The position numbers and the translations under genes are program-made. A stretch of 64,000 nucleotides of DNA, taken from assembly GCF_006345805.1 (NCBI RefSeq), contig NC_043008.1, forward strand, positions 31,186,001 through 31,250,000, written 5' to 3'. The notes below the pieces were generated by a model. It was given only the letters and a program-made list of their open reading frames with translations. It was not told the origin of the DNA and did no database searches. This document shows, piece after piece, positions 52,690-64,000 of this stretch (position 1 is its first letter; each line of letters starts with the position of its first letter). Source of the DNA: Octopus sinensis. Taxonomy: Eukaryota.

Positions 52690-53040
52690 TATATGTTCTT
52701 AGTTCAAATTCCACCAAGGTTGACTTTGCCTTTCATCCTTTCAGGGTTGATAAACATTGGACTTGATGTAATCGACTCATCCACTCCCACCAAATTTCAG
52801 ACCTTGTGCCTTTGATTGAAAGGATTATTATTGTTCATTCTAATAAGGCAGCAAGGTAACAGAATCCTTAGCATGCTGGGCAAAAGGCTTAGTTGCATTT
52901 CATCCATCTTCACATTCTAAGTTCAAATTCTGCTGAGGTCAACTTTACATTTCATCCTTTCTGGTTCGATAAATTAAGCAATCAACTTACCCTCTGCCCC
53001 AAAATTGCTGAGCTTGTACCAAAATTTGAAATCCTTATTA
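52690..53040 (+). mobile_element. Two SINE family A copies
   Basis: Core motif at about 52720 and 52940, CpG-decayed. Confidence 0.8.
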
Positions 53041-53721
53041 TTATTCTTTCTAATTTTTGTTTTTGATGTGTGTTTTACCATGTCAACATTTAAACATCTT
53101 AACTCATGACCATATTTCATGTTCTGTGTATACTCAGTAACTCTTCAAAATATTTTTCTAGGAGATCAATCCTATTAAGATTTCAGTGTTCCCAAGAATA
53201 TTCTTGGATTCTTGTGCAATATAATCCCAATAATTTCAATAATTAGAATGGCACAGAGTGAAAATATCACTATATGCTAAATCCCTCACTGAACACTACC
53301 ATTTCTTACAGTACTACTATCAGCTCCTGCAAGCCATTAATCTATAGCTACCTTCTTTTTTACTCTCCAGAATGTAGATTGTGATGCTTAGTCCAAGCCT
53401 TCTCAAATGCAAGACAGAGTTTTTTATTCTTTGCTTGGACTTTGTTTTGTGATTATTTAACAAAAATACAGTATACATGATTTCACATCCTAATACAATT
53501 CTCAATGTATCTGACCTGATCTTGCATTAACTTGCTCAAACTCAGCCAACATTTTGTGCCTTCATAGATGCATCCCTTTTGAGCATATTGCTATATTCTG
53601 TCATTTAGAATATATCTTTCATGTCCAAATTAACTTAGCAAGGAACTAATTTAATTTTTACATAACCTGAAATTTTAACATCTCAGTGATTATCCATGAT
53701 GGATCAGTTGCTTTCTCTATG

Positions 53722-53945
53722 TTAAGCTGTTAGCACTTAAACCAGCCATAACTGCACCTAATATTCTGTGTTTTATGCTAAAACTGAACAGATCCAACCT
53801 CTCACACCTATCCTACAATGTCATTCTAAAAATATACAAACATACCACTGAAATCTTGAAGCTACAAGACAATGCATGATTAATTCAAAACACTGAATAA
53901 ATAAGCATTATATTTGACAAAGAAATCTGAATGTTGAAGGATTAA
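53722..53945. mobile_element. TTAA-flanked piggyBac-like MITE
   Basis: TTAAGCTGTTAGCA...TGTTGAAGGATTAA degenerate inverted ends. Confidence 0.45.
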
Positions 53946-54439
53946 AAACCATGCTAAAGCTAACTTCAACAGCAGGTCGCCATATTAATTCCATTTAGGA
54001 TAGTTCATGCCATTCCATTCATGCTCTTTATTCATAAACCTCTCAGTCTAATATTTCTATGTCTCTTTCTTTTCCTTAACATCAATAACAAATATGTCAA
54101 TGTTATTAAGGTTACACTCCTCCTAATAGCATCTTCATTCTTGCTAACATGCTGTCTTTCCATTTCAGAACACTTCACACAACTCATCTTCATATCACAA
54201 AAACATTAGCAAACCTCATAAACCTCCTATTCTCGGTTTCTCACTTGACTAATGTCACTCATCACCAGCAAATCATCATCATTTTAATGATTACTTTTCT
54301 ATGCATGTATGAATCAGATGGAGTTTATGGAAGCAGATTTTCTATTGCTAGATGCCTTTCTGCCACTAACCTTCACCTGTTTCCAAACAACGTAATGTTT
54401 TCCCATGGCCAGACATATTCTTTCAGATAATTAGAAATG

Positions 54440-54690
54440 GACACTACATATATGACGGTGATAATCATTAACAAACTATCACATGATGTCAAGACAAGGA
54501 GATGCAATCACACATATATGCATACATATACATACATGAGGAATGTCTTTCAAATTTTGTCTGTCAGATCTACTCACATTACTCTGGTCGGCCCAGGGCC
54601 ATAATAGAAGATACTTGCCCAAGTTGAAACACAGTGGGATTGAACCTGAAGCCATGTGTTTGGGGAGCAAACATTTTAGCCATACCTGCA
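54440..54690 (-). mobile_element. CORE-type SINE family B
   Basis: Reverse complement of head and CORE-like domain; further partial copies at 34365, 35440, 37275, 56320 and 63670. Confidence 0.75.
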
Positions 54691-54951
54691 CCTGTCTATT
54701 TTACTTCATCATCAACATCGTTTAACATCCGCTTTCCATGCTGGCATGGGTTGGACGGTTTGTCTGGGGGCTGGCAAGCCAGTAGGCTATGCTAGGCTTC
54801 AATCTGATCTGGCAAGGTTTCTACAGCTGGATGCCCTTCCTAAAAACAACCACTGCGAGAGTGTAGCGGGTGCTTTATATATATATATATATGTGTGTGT
54901 GTATGTATTTGTATATATGTATATATATATATAATATATATATATACACAT

Positions 54952-55011
<60 letters not shown>

Positions 55012-56884
55012 CATGGCCTTTGAATGTTGGGCTTCACTGATGCAATGACAAGCAACTGAGACCTTTTGAGATAAGCTGTGCTAGAGAAGACTCGGCAAGC
55101 TAAGTGAGATTGTAGTTACAGCCTATGCCAGTGTTGTATAACCAGCCCACTTAAGAGTTCCCTTCAAACATTGGGCAATGTGCTGTGCTTGAGAAGACCT
55201 ATTGAGTCGTTAAAGTCGCTGTTGTGGTTGATGCCAGTACTGCTTGACTGGCACCCATGCTTGATGGCACTTGAAAAGCACCATTTGAGCATGGTCAATG
55301 CCAGTGCCACCAGACTGGCTCCCATGCTGATGGCACATAAAAAACACCATAGAAGTATGGTCAATTCCAGTGCCGCCTGACTGGCTCCCATACTGGTGGC
55401 ACGTAAAAAGCACCATTTGAGCGTGGTTGATGCTAGTGACCCCTGACTGTTCCACATGCTGGTGACACGTAAAAAGCACCCACTACACTCTCAGAGTAGT
55501 TGGCATTAGAAAGGGCATCCAACTGTAGAAACCTTGCCAGATCAGATTGGAGCCTGGTGCAGCCTCCTGGCTTGCCAGTCCTCAGTCAAACCGTCCAACC
55601 CATGCCAGCATGGAAAGTGGATGTTAAACGATGATGATGATGATATACATATATATATATAGGAGAGTTCACGAAAAAACAAAAGACGAAGACATATAGT
55701 GTACAAAACAAACAGATGTATTAGTATAACACTCAGGAATAGAAAGTCTTTTATGTTTCGAGCCTTCTACAGAAAGGGACACAGAGAAAAAAATAAGGAA
55801 AGAAAAAAAATTTGTGTAATGGCTACTGATCTATATATATATATATATATCCGTAAATGATAATAACATTAAGCTTATATGTAATCACCAAGAAAATAGT
55901 CTAATATTAGGGCATAAAAGCCCTCAATGGAAAAAAGTGGGCGTCGGTATGCATGGGACTCAAGCCAACACCCCTTATATTCCATAGAGGGTTTATATGT
56001 CTCAATATTAGACTATTTTCTTCAGTCAATACACGGTGATTGCTAAACTTTAAGCTTATCTTTGTTATCATCATCATCGTTTAACGTCCGCTTTCCATGC
56101 TAGCAAGGGTTGGACGGTTTGACTGAGAGGGCTGGCAAACCAGATGGCCGCACCAGGCTTGAACTGGCAGAGTTTTTACAGCTGGATGCCCTTCCTAACG
56201 CCAACTACTCCGAGAGTGTAGTGGGTGCTTTTACGTGCCACCAGCACGGGCACTCATCACCACTTCTCCATTTAATGCAGAAAATGCATATATAATGATG
56301 AGCTTCTTTCAGTTTCCAAAGACTAAATCCAGTCACAAGGATTTGGTTGGCCTAGACATGTAGAAGACACTTGCCTAAGGTGCCATGCAGTGGGACTGAA
56401 CCTGAAACCATGTTATTGGGAAGCAAATTTCTTAACCGTGTCACCACTGCTGTAACAGTTCTATTCTTTCCAAGCCCGTCACATAACTAATTGCTAGCTC
56501 TCACTCTACCTCGTTGTAATACTTCATCACCTTAAGGTGATGAGGAGTCAGAACTGTTAGCATGCTGGACAAAATACTTAGCGACATTTCATTAGACTTC
56601 ACATTCTGAGTTCAAACACTGCTGAGGTAGACTTTGTCTCTCATCCTTCCGGGGTTGATAAAATAAGCACCAGTTGAGCACTGGTAGCAATGTAATTGAC
56701 TTATCCCCTCCCCCGAAATTGCTGGCCTTGTGCTAAAATTTGAGACCAATATTGTCCACTCCCAAGTAATGTTGTATTCTAGTTAAAGAAATGGTCTGTA
56801 TCTCACAGCAGCTTCTACCTTTAGAACATTTATTTATCATTTAAGTTACATCTTGCCACCTTTTCCGTCCAGTTGAGGACTTAC

Positions 56885-56941
56885 CAATTAGTGTCTGCTA
56901 AGATAAGGGCAAGGCCGGTAGCAGAATTTAGTAGGAAAGAG
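56885..56941 (-). other. Candidate non-coding first exon with TCT/5'TOP initiator
   Basis: Begins CTCTTTCC (YCTTTYY), has no ATG and ends TTG|GTAAGT; lies at the CpG-rich to CpG-poor boundary. Confidence 0.45.
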
Positions 56942-57377
56942 CGCTCAAATATATTTCAACACTAGTTATTGATATTTTATTTCAACTGCTATGAATGAAA
57001 CAGCTAAGTCGAGCTTGGAGGAATTAGAGGCTGTAACGTAAATTAATACGTGGATGTTATTAGGGTGTGTGAGAGCGCGTGACAGTGAGTGTTCGTTTTA
57101 TAAAATTAATCAGGTGATGATGACAAGCAGTTCCCAATAGACCTTGCAGACCTCACTCCTAGACTTGTGGCGATATTGGTGTGCAGACATTCGGGTAAAG
57201 TAAAAGTGAAACAGACATACATAAAAAAAAAAAAAGTTCCGGGACCGGAAGAAAGAAGTCCGATCATTTTTAATTTGAAATTTACCAAACTGATCAGCTT
57301 GGTATCCTCTTCGTGTGTGTGTGTACACGTTCTGTATAAATATCTATCTATCTATCTAACTATCTTATACATATATA

Positions 57378-57428
<51 letters not shown>

Positions 57429-57670
57429 CATACACATTTATACAGAGAGATGGAGAGATCAGAACATTCGGTTTCTGTAGCCGGTGAGATTAGGCCTTGT
57501 CTGAATGAACATATGTAGGAAATAAATAGATTCGGATATGAAGGGAATCAGGTGTCTGATTCGCACGCTTTTAACAGCGAACATGGCTAAAGGTTTTCTG
57601 AGATCAGGTGTGGGTTTTAAAAGCGGGCGGTGTGTTTGGCCGACTGCAGGTTTGAGCGTTTGTGTGTGTG

Positions 57671-57711
<41 letters not shown>

Positions 57712-58100
57712 GAGTATCAGTTAGCAGGTGTTTGCCTGCGAGCATATTGACACGTAATAAAAATAATATGGAGAGGAGGTATCTATATGATTGAGAATCG
57801 ATTAGTTGTTATGAACAACCAAAATAAACAATAGAAAGTTATGACTGAGAACTAAAAGAACAACACGAAGTCGTGAAAAGTTACAATTTTACGACGTCTT
57901 CTGGTGAAAGAAAACGATAGAGAAAATGAAAGCAATTAGCTCTGTTTTCCTTTCCTTCCTTTCTCCGCGAAAACTCACGTGGAATTTATTTAGCAACGTG
58001 GAACGGGAAGTGAAAGGCTACTTTCACCGGATATTGACGACAATTGCCGGAATAAGACGAACATGTTTCTGTTTCATTTTTTTTTTTTTAATATTAATCA
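56942..58100. promoter_or_regulatory. CpG-retaining, probably divergent promoter region
   Basis: CpG-rich unique DNA with ETS-type TTCCGG/CCGGAA (57238-57251) and CACGTG (near 57996) between two oppositely oriented first exons. Confidence 0.4.
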
Positions 58101-58411
58101 CGTTGTCTTCTCGTTATGACGAGATATAAATGAAAAAAAAAAGAGAGAAAGATATAGAGAAAATACGAAGGAAGCGCGTTAGTAAGACAGAGTAAGAAGG
58201 TGAGAGTGAAGTGAGAGGGAAAAGAATAATGTTAGAAAGGGAGGGAACGTTGTTGTCGTAAAAGGGAAAGCAGAATAGCGAAACAGGGAGAGAGAGAGAG
58301 AAATAAAGAAAGGAGCAAAAGAGTGTGAGAAAGCGAAAGGGAAATAATAAGGAGCAAAAGAGAGAATGAGAATAATAAAAGAATACGAGAGAGATGGAGT
58401 GAGAGAAGAAA

Positions 58412-58545
58412 GTTTGAGAGAGAGGCAGACAGATAGAGTAAGAGAAGAGAGTTTGAGAGAGACAGACAGATAGAATAAGAGAAGAGAGTTTGAGAGAGAG
58501 GCAGACAGATAGAGTAAGAGAAGAGAGTTTGAGAGAGAGAAGGTG
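58412..58545. repeat. ~36-38-bp purine-rich minisatellite, about 3.5 copies
   Basis: GAGAGAGGCAGACAGATAGAGTAAGAGAAGAGAGTTT repeated. Confidence 0.85.
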
Positions 58546-59425
58546 TGTACATAGGGAGGAAAGTGATTATCGTAACAAACAAAACACAGTCGAGCCATGA
58601 TTTTCACCAGTTGTCTCTCTCCTTGCTTCCTATATTTACGTCGGCTCTAATCTTGGTCTCGGTGGGTGGCATAGATTATTTGTTGGTTTTTTTTCTTCAT
58701 ATATATATATATATATATGTCTCTGTTATAAGTATATTAACCTATTATTATTCGTCTTACAATTATCTTGTTTTTGCAATTTTAATACTAATTAAGATTT
58801 ACATGAGGAAACAAAGAAAACGTAAGATGTATTATTTTTATACGAATATATATTTGTAAAACAAACACGACATACATAGGTGTTATATATATACACACAC
58901 ACACAACGCACATTCATATGTACTTAATTAGTAAAGACTTCATACAAACATACGAGTATATAGTATTTCATAATTTTGCCATTGTGATGGGTCGTTGTTA
59001 GTGGTGTCTTTTTAATTTGTATCATTTATTTGATGATTATTATTGTGTTTTCTTGAGATTATTCATTTTTAAAAATTTAATTGTAATTGTATATTTTTTT
59101 TTGTTTTTTCTGTTCTATAAGAATCAGGAAGTCTTTTAACTTTCTGTAATTCCTGTCTGAACATTTCTTTTTTCTTTTTTTCCCCTTTCTATAGATATGA
59201 TGCGTTTATTTATTTGAGCTTATGCAAGGAATTATTAATATTAACATTGTTGACTATCGAGTTTTTGTTTTGGATAACAAACACATCAAAGTGCGAGGAA
59301 CACCTAAACGTTTAATGTCTACAGGAAAACTACAAGAAACCACAAATAAAACGGAAATTGTTTAATTATCAAATTAAACAATATAAATTCATACTGCTAT
59401 ATAAATACATACGCACATTGCCACG

Positions 59426-59832
59426 ATGTATGCATTATTACCAAACAATATTTGCTTCTGTTCGATTTGGTCGGTGTTTTTGATTTTGTCTGCAATACTT
59501 ATTACCGACAATTCCATTTCGGTAAACGGTTTAGAACAATCAAAGAAAATCTTCCGCAGGCAAGTCACAGAAAAATTATCATCAACAACAACATTAAAAA
59601 CATCATCTTCCACGTTGAGCCCACCAGCCTCTTCCAGCTGTTCACCTTCATCTAACAGTGCCAATTCTTCTTCCTCATGCAACAATGGCACAGTCAACAA
59701 CAGCCATACGTCCAGTTTTCATCACATTGCTGACCAATTTCAAAAAAACAAAGGCATGCTACTGAGGACTTTGTATGTGTTGATAGCTATTACTTCCATC
59801 GTGGTCATATACTTCGCAGTCAAGTCACTCAG
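59426..59832 (+). CDS. FAM174: FAM174-like (DUF1180) single-pass membrane protein, first coding exon
   Basis: Signal-peptide-like N-terminus, Ser/Thr/Asn-rich ectodomain with N-x-S/T sites, then MLLRTLYVLIAITSIVVIYFAVKSLR resembling the FAM174 transmembrane segment. Phase-2 donor AG|GTATGT at 59832/59833. The expected exon with the RR..KYG cytoplasmic tail was not found in the window. Confidence 0.75.
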
Positions 59833-60039
59833 GTATGTTTTGTCAGAGATACTATTTATATATATTATTTTGTTATTTCTTTGTCATTGGTTTCATATTA
59901 GTGGTTCTGTCTTTTTTTCTTTTTAAGGAATTAATCTCCAACTATATTTACATTTCTTCCTCACATTGTCTCCAATATCATGACCCTTACGGTCAATACA
60001 AAATAAAACAACGTGTCTAATGGTATTTACTTGTGGTTT

Positions 60040-60360
60040 CTAATCCTGCCGAGATCACTTTCGCCTTTTGTTTGTTCGGGGGTCGATAAAATAAAGTACC
60101 AGTCAAATTGTGGAGTCGACTATACCCATTCCGATACATTTCACGCCTTATACCAATTTAAAAATAAGATCATTATTATGATTATTATAAGGGCTCTGCC
60201 TCAGCAGAATTGGTAAGGCGATGGTAATTTCTTGCAATAATTAGCTACTTCCCCACTTTTGTTCTGTGACCGCAGTCCTATACCACTTTTCATTCTTTCA
60301 AAGTCGGTAAAATAAATACTGGTCAACGTCCTACCCCACCCCGCCTTACTAAACGTGTCT
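60040..60360 (+). mobile_element. SINE family A fragments in FAM174-like intron 1
   Basis: GGGGTCGATAAAATAAAGTACCAG and AAGTCGGTAAAATAAATACTGG cores. Confidence 0.7.
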
Positions 60361-63300
60361 TAGAATCTTGTGATTCTTCTACAAATAGGGGATGCTGAAT
60401 GTTGGAATGCCTTTTAATGAAGGCATGCTCGATCGACTTAAGCTGGAAATAAATAACAAAATGGTAAATAAAAGAAAAAGTTTGTTCTACTTTTTAGAAA
60501 TAGTAGCCAAAATGTTCATCTTCCGCAGATCAAGCCCTACCGCCTCAATTTAGGAAAGAACATGCAAAACACTGTAGTAGTCTACTTTATCTACATAATC
60601 CTTAAAAGATCGTATGGTCACAGCTGGAATGGCCTGTTCGAGCATCAGGATCGATGTGGACTAAACACCGGCTGTATTCATAAAAAGCTAAACCGGTCAC
60701 GATACATACACGATTTGTTTACTTATTTTACAAGAAACAATTCAGTTTGAGAATGAAATTTTTTTTTTATCTCTGTATAAACCACTCTATCGATAATCCT
60801 TATGCTATCGTTTCATAATCTAAAGATGTTTTTTTTTTTCCTTTTTGTTACTTTTGAAAAATGTTGATTGTTGTTTTACTTTCAGTGAGTAGATTTATCA
60901 TCAAATACGTTTGTCATAGCTACTCTTTTTTTTTGTTTTTGGATTTTTCTGCAAGTATAGTGTATATAATATATATGCAGTATCCACCTGCTGTGTTATA
61001 TATCTGTAAAAACGATAGGTTGGGATTTAAAAGAAATTTAGCTGCTATTTTTAACAAGACGAACCATCACATAAAAATCTCTTGGGTTCTCACCAGTACA
61101 AGCGCTATTAGCAACTTACTACCATAATATAGGGTCCCTAAATTACATCAACATCATTAAGAACATGCCCCATAAACGAAGAAACCAGAACATTCAATCT
61201 TATTTGTAGGGAAGGATAGTAAAATCCCAAAGACAGTGAAGTATCCCACCACTTGTTTTTGCATTTTGAGTTCAGGCCCCACCCAGCGGTCGATTCTACT
61301 TTTTGTTCCTCTTGTATCTAGAATAAATTTAAGTGGTACAAAAATGATTTGCCGTGTCAAGAGATGTCCTTATTTATGGAACAAACACCTATGACATGGT
61401 TGATAATTAGTGACTCACTCCATCGGAAACAAACAAAAAAAAAATATGACCGGGGAAATTTATGATTTTCGTGTATGAAATGCATTTTGTAATGAAAGTA
61501 AATTTGTATATATTTGTTTTATTGCCAAAACAACTTAGTTCTAACACTCCAAATCTCTCTTTGCATTTTGTGTATTGTAGAATCGGTTTGTCACGCGTCT
61601 GCCTCACCTCGTGTTTTAACAGACCCATATGTGTTACCTATATGGAGATATCATCAATACATACACACAAATCACAACACAAAACAGCAATTTTCAACCG
61701 TTTTTCAATTCACTGCATATTGATAAACACTCACACACACATATGTATGTTCATATTATGTTTGTATATATGTAGTCGAATATTAAAATTATTTTCAGAC
61801 ACATGGATGCGCGTATTGCAATTTCCCCCCCCAAAGAAACACAAGTTTTCTAAATATTCTGGTAGTTTCTGATTCGCCTAACAGAATCGGCATTGTCGTT
61901 CTTGAAAGCGTCAGCATTATTAACAAACATATCGACACTGTAAAGTTACTAATTTGTCCACATGTCACATATTGGACACATATCATACTATTTACAAGCC
62001 CACACCGTCCAACATATTTGTTTCCTCGCATTCACACAACGGATAGATTTACAACTCTTTCGTTCAATGTTCTAGCTTGTGGACATTTCTTACCAGGTTG
62101 CCACACCCTGTTCCACAACTTCTCTACATTATATACCCCCTCCACCATTCGCCTCTGTACCTGATTTCGTGCATCTAATGTGAAAGTCTGTTAGGATTGT
62201 CACTAATCTCACTCAGCACCTCCGTTTTTGGCATTATCCCCACTGTTGCACATAAATATTATATATGCTGATGGTCTATGTTCGTGTTGGGCAATTTATA
62301 ACTGTTTCATATATTTATTTATTTGTTGGTCACTTCACAGCATGGAAGTGAAAGTTAGTTTTCACTCTAGGTCGGATGCTAGTCTGGTGCAAGTAACATT
62401 CCAAGAAGATTTTGGAACCAATTTCTGAGACATTGGTGAACTATGGCATGTAGAATTAAGTTTTCTCTGCAACCCAAACCAGATTTTTTTTACATAACAT
62501 CTTTTCAATTGAACCCACAACCTAAAAAAATTCATCAAATGTTAATTTGCCTAGAGTAGAAGAACACGGTGATGTTTTGGTTGAGGCCCATCTTTGGAGA
62601 ATTTTTACTCTAGAAGGAAAGGCTCTGTCTGAAATGCCATTCATTTCCTCTACAACACACAAATTTCTTTTATTTTGCTGCTTTTATGAACTTTTTTTTT
62701 TAACCAATAGCAAACTATCTGTCTCCTATGCCCTTGGACTTATTTTATTTTTTCGTTTGTTCTATATAATAGTAATCAAATCATTAGATTCATGGATAAT
62801 AATTTGGGAGCTTCTGTATAGTTGCATGTTCTGTGAAAAATAAAGCTAAATCTTGCTTAAACCACACCTTTTGATATCTCAAACAGAAAAGACACCTTAG
62901 ATTATATGTATATATATATTTAGTCTTAGATACCTAAAAAGAAGGATGATCGTGGAATATTTCTGATCTTTGGTCAAGACTGATCTGAGGCTGAACAGCT
63001 AATTTATATCTCTCCTATACAGAAGCCTTGCAGCATATCTGCATGAGTTTCTGATTCTGAGTTACTACTCTCTTAGGCTGACTGGTGACCAAGTCTCTCA
63101 CACATTCATTTTTCTAACCACTTAGAATGTGCACTAAATTCATTTTATCATAGCACCAGCATTGAGAGGTTGGTACAGCCTCTGGTAACACTTAAAAGTC
63201 ATCTCTGCTATGTTGTTTCCATTCAATAGCGTCAGAGGGTTGACTCATCCCTGGCAAGAGTAGAGAGAGTATCCTATTCTTGTGTTATCTCTATTCATTT

Positions 63301-64000
63301 GTTCAGTTCCATTTCACACAGCTGAGTGGGAAGAGAGCCAGTGTGATTGGAGCAAGAGGATGATAGAAAAGAGAATGATGTATGGTAATGTGATTAGATA
63401 AAAGAAACATGACCTAGACATTGGTAGAAAAAAGAATGATAAAATAGAATTGGGTGAGGTTATTACAAAGTCAAGAAAAGCATAGAGAAAGGCATGGAAG
63501 AGGAAATGACAGACAGATGCATGATGATTGTTGGTAAGGATATAATGTATCTATGCATGTCTGCCCATCCATTTGACCATCTATCCTTACATGCATGCTT
63601 AGTTGTGTCAAGGCATAGCTGGGTGGTTGAGCTTAAGCATGATTCACTTCTCAACCTCATACTTTTGAGTTGTCCTACTCTGTGACACTTTGGTCAAGTG
63701 TTGGCTGCTATAGCCCCAGCTTGAACAAATCTTTTGTCAATGAATTTTATAGACGGAAACTAAAAGAAAGCAATCCTGTATGTATGTGTGTGCATGTCTA
63801 TATTCATTTACATTTGCACTCTTATGACAGTTGCAGACATGCAAGTAGTGTCGTTGTTATGTCTATCAACAAATTATCTGCTCACTTTGCACCTTTTTTA
63901 GATGTGCAAAATAAGAGATCCCTTACTCAAAAAATGGGCTTAGCAAACAGGAAGGCATCTGGCTGTGAAACATTGTTCAATAATATATTCATGCATCCCA

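Noticed and set aside
59833-59926. C-terminal 31 aa of ORF 59426-59926
   Set aside because: Read-through past a strong GTATGT donor into AT-rich intron.

Overview
AT-rich, microsatellite- and transposon-dense animal DNA. The SINE and LINE families point to an octopus genome (inference, not searched). Only one host coding exon is clearly supported: the first exon of a FAM174-like type I membrane protein (+, 59426-59832). A probable non-coding first exon with a TCT/5'TOP motif (-, 56885-56941) points away from it, into a roughly 29 kb CpG-depleted domain that looks like a methylated gene body. The rest is mobile DNA: a 5'-truncated R4/Dong LINE with a 700-codon open frame (1-2100, absent from the ORF track), several RTE LINEs, a Tx1 fragment, mariner, Tc1, Helitron, piggyBac-like and Penelope-like relics, a solo-LTR-like insert and three abundant SINE or SINE-like families. 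The strongest observation is that three independent RTE insertions (about 12.2, 40 and 51.5 kb) all have the 5'-inverted architecture expected from twin priming, a mechanism mainly described for L1. One of them is bracketed by a 12-bp direct repeat. Other leads are a 430-bp fold-back hairpin, a telomere-repeat-filled inverted-repeat element and a promoter-motif cassette inside a mariner. Most ORFs in the supplied track are microsatellite artefacts.
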